DNA of 64,000 nucleotides from the human T2T-CHM13v2.0 reference genome, Homo sapiens. A program made the translations under genes and the position numbers. The notes under the pieces are model-generated. The model searched no databases. It was given only the letters and a program-made list of their open reading frames with translations, and had not been told where the DNA came from. Of the stretch, positions 1 through 12,409 are shown piece after piece. The first letter of the stretch is position 1. Each line of letters begins with the position of its first letter. The stretch lies in assembly GCF_009914755.1 (NCBI RefSeq), contig NC_060927.1; one strand, written 5' to 3'.

Positions 1-1077
1 AGGGCTGTATCTTCCCAAAGCCTACAAAATAGCAATTCTCTTACAGTCACAGTACTTGCCGCTCCCTTTAGTCGGCACAAATATCAGTAGAAGGCAACAA
101 ATGATATTCTTTTAGGCAATAGTATTAAATAAGTCAGCAGATTATAATACTTGGATCCAGTGAGAGCAGTAAGAAGTTATAGGAAAGAAAATCATTGGAA
201 AAAAAATGCAGTCTTTTTTCCTTATCCTTTAAAACAATCTTTTCCTGCTTCTGGTTGTTCTTGAAGCCATTCTGTACAGGGAATAATAACCACCCACACC
301 TGAGAAATCTCTGATGTTATCACTCCATAGACTGTTGCTGCACATGAAGACGACTTCTCATTAAGAAAGGTGGTTTATATTCACCATGCTTCATTTGCTC
401 TAACATCCTGTAATTTATTGAAAATAATTTTATAAAAATGTTAAAACTCATATTTAAAAATATTCAGGTTATTTGAGAAATTAACATTTGTACCACCTCT
501 CATATAGATGGCACTAGGTAACATTAACAGTTGACATGCATCAACTTTCTTTTGAAAAATATCCCATCTCTTTATACTTTTATGTGAAAAAAATATAGAG
601 GTCAAAAACATATTCTGTTTGTAAATGGCCATATGCAGGTTTTCTTTTTCTTCAAGCCATAAGTTTATTACAATTGTGATTTTAAAAGTTGTAGATTTTC
701 TTGATTTCAAAAGAGGTATATAACTTTAATGCCTATGTGCTATAAGTTCATGGATTCTTATGTTTTCTATATTTTGTAAATGAAGGACTTAGCAACCAAG
801 AAGCTTAAGTGACTAACAAAGATTTCACAAGCTGTAACTCACGTATACTCCCTAATATTAGCATGCAAGTGTTGTTAGTATATATCATGACTGTTTGTTA
901 AATCTTTTGATTATTTGTTCACTTTTAATTTTAACCATAAACACAGTTAGGAGCAAAGTGGGAAAGAAGCAATATCCTCTGGAATTTGAGATGTTTGAAG
1001 CAATATTACATTTAGACAATAGAGAGTATGTTAATACATTTTGTCAGTAAAGCTGACTGAATTTGGCAGTAAACTTA

Positions 1078-1381
1078 TTTATTTATTTATTTTTGAGATG
1101 GAGTCTTGCTCTGTTGCCAGCCTGGAGTGGAGTGCCAGCCTGGAGCGATCTTGGCTCACCGCAACGTCCGCCTCCCGGGTTCAAGCGATTCTCCTGCCTC
1201 AGCCTCCTGAGTAGCTGAGACTGCAGGCATGCGCCACCATGCCCAACTAATTTTTGTATTTTTAGTAGAGACGGGGTTTCACCATGTTGGCCAGGATGGT
1301 CTCGCTCTCTTGACCTCGTGATTCACATGCCTTGGCCTCCTGAAGTGCTGGGATTACAGGCGTGACCCACCGCTCCCTGTC
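1078..1381 (-). mobile_element. Alu SINE (AluSc-like)
   Basis: Antisense dimer with (TTTA)n tail; Sc-type 'ctcttgacctcgtg'; TSD ggcagtaaactta / ggcagtaatctta. Confidence 0.95.
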
Positions 1382-1473
1382 TAGGCAGTAATCTTATTAA
1401 AAATATCAAGAAATAATTTGCTTTATGAAAGACAATCCAGTTTTTATTTTACGTCAAACAAGGGATTATTTAC

Positions 1474-1505
1474 ACTTTAATAAAAGTGGAAACTTTTATT
1501 AAAGT
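1474..1505. repeat. Perfect inverted repeat, 14-bp arms, GGAA loop
   Basis: actttaataaaagt-ggaa-acttttattaaagt. Confidence 0.95.
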
Positions 1506-3702
1506 AACTTTTAAAATGTGATTTATTTTTTAAAGGCATAGTATTGGTTTATTATCTTTTTAAAAATAGATTTCAATATATTTGTGAATTTTTAAGAGGA
1601 AAAGACACTGACATGGCCATTAATTAAATATTTCTTAGTAACAAAGTAATAACTAATTTATTTTGCATAATGATAGGTAATCTAGGATAAATCAGTCATA
1701 TGTACATTATATGATAGCTATATAGAGAGATATAGCTACAGATATGAATATAAAAACAAAAATATTGATGGAAAAGTACTTTGTTATAATTTAGACAACT
1801 GTTAGTATAAATTTATATAATGCTGTGTATTGTAAAGACTGAGACAAAATAGAACATTTTGCAATGAAAGCTATGGAACTAAGATTTGGGAACTCAACCA
1901 TGAGATGTTTATTTATCAGCAATGTGTAAATGAAAAAAAAATTATCGTTACAAAAGTGGGCATTGGGAATGCAGATGGGACAGCTGTTGTTCCTTAATTG
2001 TGAGTAGATTAATAAAATGCAGTTTTTACAATCCATTTAAAACATCACTAGGAGTACATTTTACTACCAGTTTGGGTATCCTTTGGTTAATAAATTCTTG
2101 CCGTTCGAATGTAGTATTTGGCTTCAAATTCCAGATGCAAGTTTATTAAAAAGTGTAATAGTTCTTAGAGACCATAAAATGAAATGAAGCGCACAAAATG
2201 TGTGTTTCCGGTGCTTGACTTTAAAACGATTTTTTACATGACTAATTTCAATATTTTCAACTTCAGCAGACTGTTGTTGAATTTAAATGATTATTAAATA
2301 TTGAACCAGACATACTGATAGAGATAATATATCATTTTTGAGTAAAGTTTTCTTTCAGTTTCTTGGTAGTGTTTTTAATAATAAAATGAGTACCCTATAT
2401 TAACATGTTATGCTAATAATTATGAATTCAATATTTATGTGAAATAGGCTGTAACTTTAAATCTGAGTTATAATAAAGCATAGTTAGTGTATTTAATATT
2501 AAGAGCTGTGTAAAATATTCTGCTGAAGGATTTTTAAGAGGTGATAAAAATACACTAATTTTTAATGAAAGCATTTGTAATATGACAGTGAGTATTCTAC
2601 ATTTAGCATTATTCTACTAGATATTTCCTTTCCTCAAATAAGCAAATGGAAGAGACTGCTTAAAGTTTATGTTAGTGAAGAGTCTACCCTCCTGAAAATT
2701 CAGCTTTATTGCCAGTGAGGTGAAGACTGTGACGCAGCGAGGCAAGAGCACAGTGGACAAAACCCTGAATTCCGTAATTTTGAATGGCGACTATCCTTAA
2801 AGGAAGATATGGCTCCTTGTTGGCATTTCTCGCGTCTTAATAAAATAACGTTTGTGTCTGAATAAAATAAGTTTGATGGTATGGAGGAGAGCTCGAAGCA
2901 GCAGAATTCTCACTGAAACAACTATGTAAGCTAATGAATGTGTCTACCAGAGTTCCATGGATGTTGACACAAAACAAAAGAATCCTGGCTTTACTCACAG
3001 GAAAAGCAGAAACCAGATTAGTTGTGCTGGTTCTCCCAGCCCAGAATACCGCAGGGTCACGTGGAGCACCAGCTGGAGTGTGCAAGGGTGATTGGTATTC
3101 CTCTGGAAAAGTAACCTGAACTCAGGAGATCCACTGCTTTTACAGCCATCAGTAAGCAAGACTGATTTTTGACCAGAGGGGTCCAAGACGCATTTCAGGA
3201 CTACCTAATACATTCAGTCAGTTGTTACCTTACTGCCCAGAGCTCCAGTTTCATCAACAATCCTGAAAAATGGCATGATTGAAATAACAGCCAAGACCAA
3301 GAGCTCAGCAAGATGGTGGGAGCAAAAGAAGCCTATGGTGGACTGCTTTCCCACACTTTACTCCTTCTTTAGTTATTTAGGGCCCTTTCCCATTCTTCTT
3401 ATTTACCTGTAACAGTATCTCCTCCATCACTCAATCCAATCCCATCCTCTAGAAAGGCAAATCCTCCATGTTCCTGGAAATGCTGTAGTCCCAACTCATG
3501 TTTGTCCTTTTTCTCTTTGGTGCATGAAGGTATGGGTTGGTTTACGGAATCCTTTTCATTTCCTGAGAGATCCAGTATATTGCTAATACCCACTGTACCA
3601 TTTCATTTCCTTCTTTCCAAGGAACTTGAACTTTTTAAAATAAAATTATCCTAATTTAACCCTCCTATTGCTTAAATAAAGAGTGATTAATAACGTAGGG
3701 TG

Positions 3703-3995
<293 letters not shown>

Positions 3996-4439
3996 AAATA
4001 AGGTAGGATGGAAATATTTAAAAATTGTTAATAGAATCAATTGGCATATGCAAATGTAATGAAACAAAATGTAGTTAAAATTGTTTCTTTGGCTTTAAAT
4101 TTAAAAACAACATAATTACCTTGTTTTTAAAATCACCAATTCAGTAAATTCAGTAGCAGGATCCTGAGTCTGGGGTCATCTGTGACTCTAAAGACAAACT
4201 TGACTGGTTTATGTGGCTAGCAGATACCATCTTTTTTACATTATTAATTCATGGCTGTATTCTGTGTAAAGTCAGTGCCTTGTTGAAAAGTCTTCCTAAA
4301 ACAGACATACATGTATTTAATTTTTTCATGGTGAAGAAAATAAAAAATAAATTCCATATTGTAGTCAGAGAGAGACAGAGAGACTGAATCATTATCTTCT
4401 GATTTTATGTTAAGTGGACTGAGGGAAATTGAATGGACA

Positions 4440-4703
4440 TCATATTTAAAGTTTTGCCTCCTAAAAATTGCCTGCCTGTGATTAAGTTAATTCACCTTTC
4501 TGAGCCTATTTCCTAATTCCTAAAGGTGAATTAAGTTAATTCACCTTTCTGAGCCTATTTCTGAGCCTATTCCTATGAAACTAGAATGATACTAAATATT
4601 TCATGAGACTATGTTGATAACATTTGATGATTTGTGGCAATTTCTCCCAAGCTTCTAACACCCAACCTACTTGGTGTTCAATAAATTGTGACTGTTATTA
4701 TTG
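4440..4703 (+). mobile_element. MIR SINE with internal micro-rearrangement
   Basis: Core-like 'ttctgagcctatttcc' and 3' 'gttcaataaattgtgactgttattatt'. Confidence 0.6.
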
Positions 4704-4755
4704 AAACGATCCAACAAATTAGAAAATATTAAAGGGAATAGAAATGCCCAGATAG

Positions 4756-5084
<329 letters not shown>

Positions 5085-6143
5085 TTAAACTATACTGGAG
5101 GTTTTTAGGATTTATGGTAAAATGAGAAGGTGGAAAAATATTAGTTTTTATAAGTTGATCTATAATAAATTCAAGGTTTGGCCGCTATTAGTACGTATGG
5201 TCATTGTGTAAATATGCAATCCCTTGATGACGTCTTTGAGCAAATATATATGTGTTTGTTCATAAGTTTTTTTGAGTCTTAGAAGAAATTCCCTTAAAAT
5301 AATGGGATTCCTATTTGGAGATGACTATTTTGCTATGATGATTTCTTTCTCCATGTTATTCTCTAAGACTGGCTACATCCCTTGTGACACTAATGCTAAT
5401 TCTGAGGAAATAATCTATTATTACATAGTAAACTAAAATATGAAAGTCTTGCTCAAATAAAAATCATGCCATGTAGAGTTTCAATTAAGAGTTACTAATT
5501 AAGAATTATCCTTTTAGAAATTCACCTCCATAGCTGCAGAGCAAGGTCAAATTTCTCAGTTTGGTTATAGATGAGCATATATCTAAAGATATGCCATATG
5601 CTGGGTAAACTTATGTGCTTTTATATTTTGAAATAGACTTCATGTTAAATAATTGGGTAATTTTGAGATAATCTCTAAAAACTCTAACTTTTGAATGCTT
5701 TAGTAAACAAATATTGGTAGACTAATATGGTAATCCCATGTTTATATTCATATGTATTTTGCTTTTTTAGGAGAATATTGCTATTTTAGGAATAGGGAAA
5801 TAAGAGACTGGAAAATATTTGAGTTTTGAAATAATACTCCAAATAGAAAGGGATTTAGAAAAGTCATATTTAATGCACTTATTTTAAGCTCCCTAGGCAT
5901 AGAGAGCTTTTATATTAGATTTATTTATTGCATATAGTAAACATTCAACATATACTTATTGATTATATTTTATTTGCTATCTGCAACCATTGAATACACT
6001 ATGTTTTAAATAATTACCACAGCATCTATATGATACTTCTGATGGAATAGTAGATCTATTTTGCACTAAATTTCCACTATTAGATCTGTCATGTCGAAAT
6101 GGTAGAGTGTATACTATAAATGGATTATGTATTATATCATTTT

Positions 6144-6319
6144 TAGTGCTTCTTTAAATGTGACAACTTTGAGAATTACTTAGGGACATTTGTCAAAAAT
6201 GCAGAGTCTGGAGCCCACCTATTCAGATTCTGTTTCTGGTGAGATCAGGAACCTGACTTTTCAAAAAAATCTAGAGCTGATTCATGGAGGTAGTTTCAGC
6301 ATACACTGAGAAGCACTGC
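6144..6319. mobile_element. MER5-type hAT-Charlie MITE
   Basis: Inverted termini tagtgcttct...agaagcactg; internal 'aaaatgcagagtctggagccc'. Confidence 0.7.
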
Positions 6320-7249
6320 CTTTCAGTATTTGAAGAGTGACATTTACTAAATTCTAATATGTTTCCTCACCCCCCAAAGGAACATGTATTGGATTAACTC
6401 CATCTTGGTAAGACATGTCCCTTGTAGGTACTCTTCTAGTTCCACTTCCCTTAGTGGAAAGCTTCTTCTCTACTTTTCTCACTTAACCATGAGTAAAAAG
6501 ATAAGTCTTAGGAGAATCCTTTGGCTTGGCAAAACTATAACATAACCTAATTCATTAGATGTTAGCCTTTTGAGATTAGTACTACAAAATAATTAAAAAC
6601 ATGGTTTTTTAAACTTAATTATTTAATTCTGTTTTAATTAGAAACCATCCCACTTTTATTTACCTAGTACTGCTTCATATTTCATTGGTATTATAGGCTG
6701 TTTTTAGTGGGTCATCTTGAATATATATTTGTATTTGCATATTCATACTGGAAAATTCCAAGGGTAATGACGTAATTAAGTTTCAAGGTGGCTGTACCTG
6801 AAATTACTTTTATAAACCATTTCGTAATTTCTCCTGTAAGATGTCTGTGCATTTAAAAGGTCAACAGTGGAGATCTACTACATGGTTCAAACTGAATCTG
6901 ATATTATTGCAAAATTACTTTTGTTAAAGTTAGCAATCATCCAAATTTCTAGAGAACCGTTTTTTATAGAGATGATTCCTGGGATGTGGTATGTATGGGA
7001 GAGAGGCATGACAACATACATGGTGCCAGAAACATTTCAGAAATGTTCTAATTTGAACCACAGTGATATTGCTTATAGCAAGAGCCATCAGTAATCAACC
7101 TAAAGCCACAGTGAAGATAGTTGTCTCTAAAGCGGCACCAGAGGAATGACCAACTTGTTTTTAACTATACTTTTGCTTCTCTTTAGACACATTTCAGGAG
7201 ATCAGTTTGAATAAAGGAGCAAGTGAATTGTTGTATTCCTCATGGATTA

Positions 7250-8240
7250 TCTACCCTCTATTCTTAAATATCTCTGTTTCTATTTCCTTGTCTTCAGCCT
7301 AATCTCTCTTTAATTAACTGCAGTCTGGTTTCTCCTTTCACTACCACATTGAAACTACTCCCATTAAGTCTGTGATGGTTTTCTAATTGCTAAACCAAGT
7401 CTCAAGTCTCAGTCAGTGCTGTGCCAACCCTAATCAGAAACTGTGGTAAAAGGAAAAGGCGGGCCTCTGTATACATCTATTAAAAAATCCTCCCATATTT
7501 TCAACCAAGTGGAAAAGTTAATAAAAGCGCTATGATGAAAAAACACACATAAAGCCCTGGGTTGCCCAATCTATTGGCACATCATTGTCAACCCCATAAA
7601 CATACCCAGTGGAAAAGCAAAGGCTGTGCAGGTCCAAGAACTACCAGCGGTTATGTTACACAGTAACACATGGGCATACAACAACCTGTCATTAGTTATA
7701 ATTCTGGTATTTTGCTCACCATGGATTCTTTGTACTAATTATAATTTTTAAAATAATGTATTTAAATATTATTTGTCTTCTGAGTGAACTTTTTGATGCT
7801 CCTTTAAATTTTTTTGCCCAAGGTGAATGCTTAACTGAGCCCATTCCGAATCCCAGCCCTGTTCATAGTACTTGGCTTCTTTGCAACACTAGATACTATT
7901 CTTTCCATCTATTAAATCTGTCTTCTCTGAGCTTCTGTGACACCGTTGTCTTATTCCTTCCTTCCTTCATCATCAAACATTCCTTCTTGCTAACTTTCTT
8001 AGGCTCTTCTTTTCTTGCCCCTCAGGATTTCGTGTTCTCAGTGGCTCATCTTCACTGCTTAAGGCATGGTGTTTACACTTTTCCTGGCTGTGTTCACGCG
8101 TTTCCACTGCTATTGCTTTCTTCTATGTGCTCGTTATTTCCTAGCTAGACAGTTGCAATAGGCTCCTAATAAGTCCGTTTTATCTCCATGCTAGCCCCTT
8201 TCTGATTCACAACTTAGGCAGAATCATTTTTCTTTTGTAA
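7250..8240 (+). mobile_element. L2 LINE fragment, interrupted at 7414-7861
   Basis: L2-like 'cagtctggtttctcctttcactaccacattgaaactactc'; resumes after 7862. Confidence 0.6.
7414..7861 (-). mobile_element. hAT-Tip100-type DNA transposon fossil inserted in L2 (subfamily not assigned)
   Basis: Termini cagtgctg...cagccctg; 'cctttaaattttt..tgcccaaggtgaatgc' resembles Tip100-family ends. Confidence 0.55.
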
Positions 8241-8841
8241 AGAGAATATGTGGTTCATTTATTTATTAACCATATATTTATGTACTTTTTGGGTGTCAGA
8301 TATTGCCTTAGATTCTAGGGATGAATCAGGAAATAAAAGAAAGGTCATTCTCTCTTGAAACTAATATCTTAATTTTTATTTGAATATTTCTTTGGCTTTA
8401 TTCAAGGAGTTGTATATAATTTTTATATAAATATATGTTTGTGTGATGTATTTCTGTGAGAAAAATGTTGTTTTCTTGTTTTTTTTTCAATATTTTGACT
8501 ATACAAATTTTTCGATCACCTGCATATGAAGTAATGGAAGCCTGAATTGAATTCCACTTTCTAAAAAAAAAAATCATTTTTATTAAGGATATGGAGATCA
8601 GTGGGTTGTTAATATTTAGGATTTCCTTTCCCAAAATGGGTAATGTTCACTCATTTTTGATTGAATAAATTGAACACATATTGCTAATTCTGTCCCAAGT
8701 CTTGGAGCATGGGTACTACCATATTCTTTAAACAAATTGTATAATCTAGTGGCCAAAAGCTCAAATCCAGCCTGGTAATAGGTTTTGTTTAACTCACACA
8801 GTATGTGTGTTTTAATTTTATTCACTTGTTAAAAAAAATTA

Positions 8842-9535
8842 ATACTTTATTTTTATAGAAGCTTTAGGTTCACAGCAAAATTCAACAGAAAGAACAGAGT
8901 TCTCATGTATCCCTCCCCAACCCCAAAGCACAACCTCCCCTGGCATCAACATCCTCCACCAGTGTGATATATTTGTTATAGTTGATGAACCAATGTTGAC
9001 ACTTCACTCTCAACCAAAGTCCATAGCCTGCATTTGGGTTCACACTTTGTGTTGTATATTTGATGAGTTTTGAAAAGGTATAGTGGCACATATCGACCAT
9101 TAGAGTATCATATGTAATAGTTTCACTGTCCTAAAAATCCTCTGTGTTCCACTATTCATCCCTACTGTCCCCTAAACCCTAGGTGAGCAATAATCTTTTC
9201 ACTGTCTCCATAGTTTTGCATTTTCCATAACCTAATATAGTTGGGATCATACTTTGTAGCCTTTTCAGATTGGCTTCTTTCACTTACTAATATGTACTTA
9301 AGGCTCATTCATGTCTTTTTGTGGCTTGATAACTCAGTTTTTTTTAGTACTGAATAATATTCCATTGTATGGATGTACAACCGTTTACTTATACATTCAC
9401 CTCTAGGACATCTTGGTTGCTTCCAGGTTTTGGCAATTATTAATAAAGATGCTATAAGCATCCATGTTCATGTTTTAATGTGGACTTAAGTTTTGACTCC
9501 TTTGGATACATACCAAGGAGCATGATTTCTGGATT
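8842..9535 (-). mobile_element. Old L1 3' end (L1MC1/2-like)
   Basis: 'tttaggttcacagcaaaatt', 'gttgatgaaccaatgttgaca', 'ttggcttctttcactta'. Confidence 0.85.
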
Positions 9536-9734
9536 GAAGCAATTGTTGGGGTATGAATTGTCCCCAAGAAGTCACAGAAAACATCAAGGGAATATGAACT
9601 TATAATAAGCCTTTAAAGGGAATGGTAAGTCACAAATTTGAAAGGGCACTGATAGTTGGAAGGAATGGAAGAAGTTATGTATTAGGATACACATTGAGAA
9701 GCTGGAAATTATATTCCAATAATGCTATTAAAAT

Positions 9735-10030
9735 AGTAATAGGTAGCCTTTTTGTAAGTACTTACTAAAGCATAGTGAGGCTAAGTAAGATGCATCAGTA
9801 CACACAGCTAATAAGTATTAGGGCAAGCATTTGAACCCAGATAGTCTCTCACCAGTGTACTTGAAAGCATTTTTCATGAGTTACTTGATTTTTAGTCCTC
9901 AATATAACCCCATAAAATATGATTTATGTGTTTTTTTCCCATTTCACATATGAGGAAATAAGCCTAAAGTTTAACTTGCTCAAAGCCACAGAACTCATCA
10001 TACTGGAGCTGGGACTGAAACTCAGATCAA
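9735..10030 (-). mobile_element. MIR fragments (two)
   Basis: 'ccatttcacatatgaggaaa', 'aacttgctcaaagccacag', 'atttgaacccag'. Confidence 0.65.
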
Positions 10031-10519
10031 TCGGATTATAACTTACATTTATGATCTTTTTAAGTTATTCGACTGAGAAGCAGTTATCCTCGAAACCACA
10101 GACATGAGTTTACATTTATGGACAGACAGCTGATGGAGCTGGCATTGTAAATATGAAATCCAGAAAAGCATAGTAGTCTATTGTTTTACTAATAACTCAT
10201 TGGACCGCCTCATCGAGGTCAAGAACTTGACATACAGCACAAAGCCTAGAAGGCTAAAGCTAAGTAATCATTAGTGGACTGAAATAGTCTGTAAAGGAAG
10301 AGCCAGGCTTCCTTCAACTTGGATGAGAATACCATTTATTTCCATAGTCAATCTTAATAAAATCAACTAACTTATTTTTAGAGTGTATTAGTAAATGGGC
10401 CACGTTCTAAGAATCTGTGTAATGTCACCTGGCCTTTCTAACGTTTTCTAGACTAACATCCTGATGTCTCCTGTCTGATTGGTTACCATGAACACTGGTG
10501 GCCATTACTAAGAATGATT

Positions 10520-10730
10520 TCTCACCATTACTGAGGCTTACTATGTAATAAAGTCTGTGCTTTACTAGTATTAACTCATTAATACTTATAAAAGGTCAAG
10601 AGGCAGATGCTATTGTAATCTCTCCTCATTTTTCAAATGTGAAAACTGAGACATGGTGAGACTAAGCAACTTGCTCAAGGACACACTGTTAGTAAGTAGC
10701 AAGGCCAGACTTTGAGTCCAGGTAGACTGG
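10520..10730 (-). mobile_element. MIR SINE
   Basis: 'gaaaactgagacatggtgagactaagcaacttgctcaagg'. Confidence 0.75.
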
Positions 10731-11199
10731 GTTGGATTTAAGTAATTAATGAATACAATTAACCTACATCTCAGGGCCATAAACCCTAGAAGAGACAGTT
10801 TCCAGAGGATGGGTATTTATTATTCATTCATTTAGTATTTATTGATTATATACTTTGTGTTATACATCATGCTAGGACATTGTTGGGTAATTAAATATGA
10901 TCCTAACTATGCAAATTTTACAAAGCTATATTCTATCTTTTAATATAACTTTTCTTTGAATTTAATATTTTGAGTGGACTATTCAAGAGTAGGACTTACC
11001 TCTTAATTATTTTATCCCATCATTCCTCTTGTTTTGAAAAAAATTAAAAGAATGAGTTGATATGATAATAATAGTAACATAATAACCTCCAGAGCATTTT
11101 TATCTTCTCATTATTTTTTAATGTGTGTGAAATCATGGCAATTAGATATGCAAAAGATGAATAAAAGAAAAAAGATAGTTCATTTAGTACATCCCACTA

Positions 11200-11670
11200 G
11201 TATTGAATAATTCCCTATGGCATTTGGCAAAGACAGGCTCTTGTCTAATTTTAAATGACTCAATTGAAGCATCTGCTGGAGGTTGATTCTAGAGGACTTT
11301 CTATGAAAGGTTTATAACATTTAGTCTAATTTTCCACTTCTTAAAATTTCAGAGCCTTACCCTTAATTACATTCTGTAACCTTCTTAGCCTTTACTGACT
11401 CCTTGTTTCATTCTATTTAGTGACCTACTGTCCTTCTAAGTAGGGATTATGTTTCCCTATGATTAATTATTTCTGGGTGAAACATTTTTATCTTTACATG
11501 GGTCGGTTGTAACCCTATGACAAGATCATTGTGTATTCTTCCTCTTTGAATTTGTTCTGTGTTATCTGTGTGTCCGTTTATATATTCATTAATTTGTGGT
11601 TTAAATTTGTGAATTTTAAGTTTTTGTATCAGAATTCGAACAGATCATCTGAACAGTGGCCAGTCATTTG
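11200..11670 (-). mobile_element. CR1/L3 LINE fragment (very old)
   Basis: Degenerate resemblance to antisense L3 3' region; no diagnostic termini. Confidence 0.4.
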
Positions 11671-11927
11671 CTAAATTCATGGGGTAACATCCAGGCCCGT
11701 ATTTTCCATTTATGCTGTTACACAGCATGTCTGAACACTTTTCCTATATTCTATAGATATATGTCAAAATAAAAGAACTTTTAAAAGAATATTGAATAAA
11801 ATGTTCATATGAATTTTAGGCATATGAAATTTATGTGTCAAATTTCTATAGAGAACTAACGGATATTTTATTTTGTAGAAACATACCTTTTTTTAAGACT
11901 AGGAAATAATGTGAAGTTTCTAGAGGC

Positions 11928-11960
11928 TGTCAATCAATAGTTTATTCTTATTGATTGACA
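11928..11960. repeat. Inverted repeat, 12-bp arms, each carrying TGATTGACA
   Basis: tgtcaatcaata-gtttattct-tattgattgaca. Confidence 0.9.
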
Positions 11961-12333
11961 TATTTTTTTAACCTTTATGTAGAGACTCTTCAATAGGTTA
12001 AATAATTTTACTGTTTGTTTCTTGAAATAGCTGGAAGCTTATACCATTAAAATATAAAAGACTGAGACAAAAGTCTTTTAAGAAGTAGTTTTTTTAATGC
12101 TTTCCACTTATCAATAACTCTCCATTATTTTTGGTACATTACAGCCCTTTCATATCATAGACAAAGCTGCTTGTGTTAGTCTGTATTTTAGAGAAAAACA
12201 ATGAGGAAGTGAGAATTTATCGTAAGTTTGAACATAATTATTTTGTGAAAATTGTATATATTATAACACAATTATAAATTTTTTTCATAGGGAGTGCTAG
12301 CTAATTATTACCATGCACAAGGCTTGGTGGTGA

Positions 12334-12409
12334 TTATTCCTATTTTTATTCCTATTTCTACCCGCACACTATCATGGAAAGTGCTACCCACACACTATCA
12401 TGGAAAGGC
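12334..12409. repeat. Two abutting tandem duplications (12 bp x2, 26 bp x2)
   Basis: ttattcctattt x2, then ctaccc[g/a]cacactatcatggaaag.. x2. Confidence 0.9.

Noticed and set aside
331-369. 39-nt in-frame AG...GT segment (TVAAHEDDFSLRK)
   Set aside because: Weak donor (gtggtt), modest pyrimidine tract, unrecognised peptide.
7756-8148. 130-aa hydrophobic ORF
   Set aside because: Spans a hAT fossil end and pyrimidine-rich L2; the hydrophobicity is compositional.
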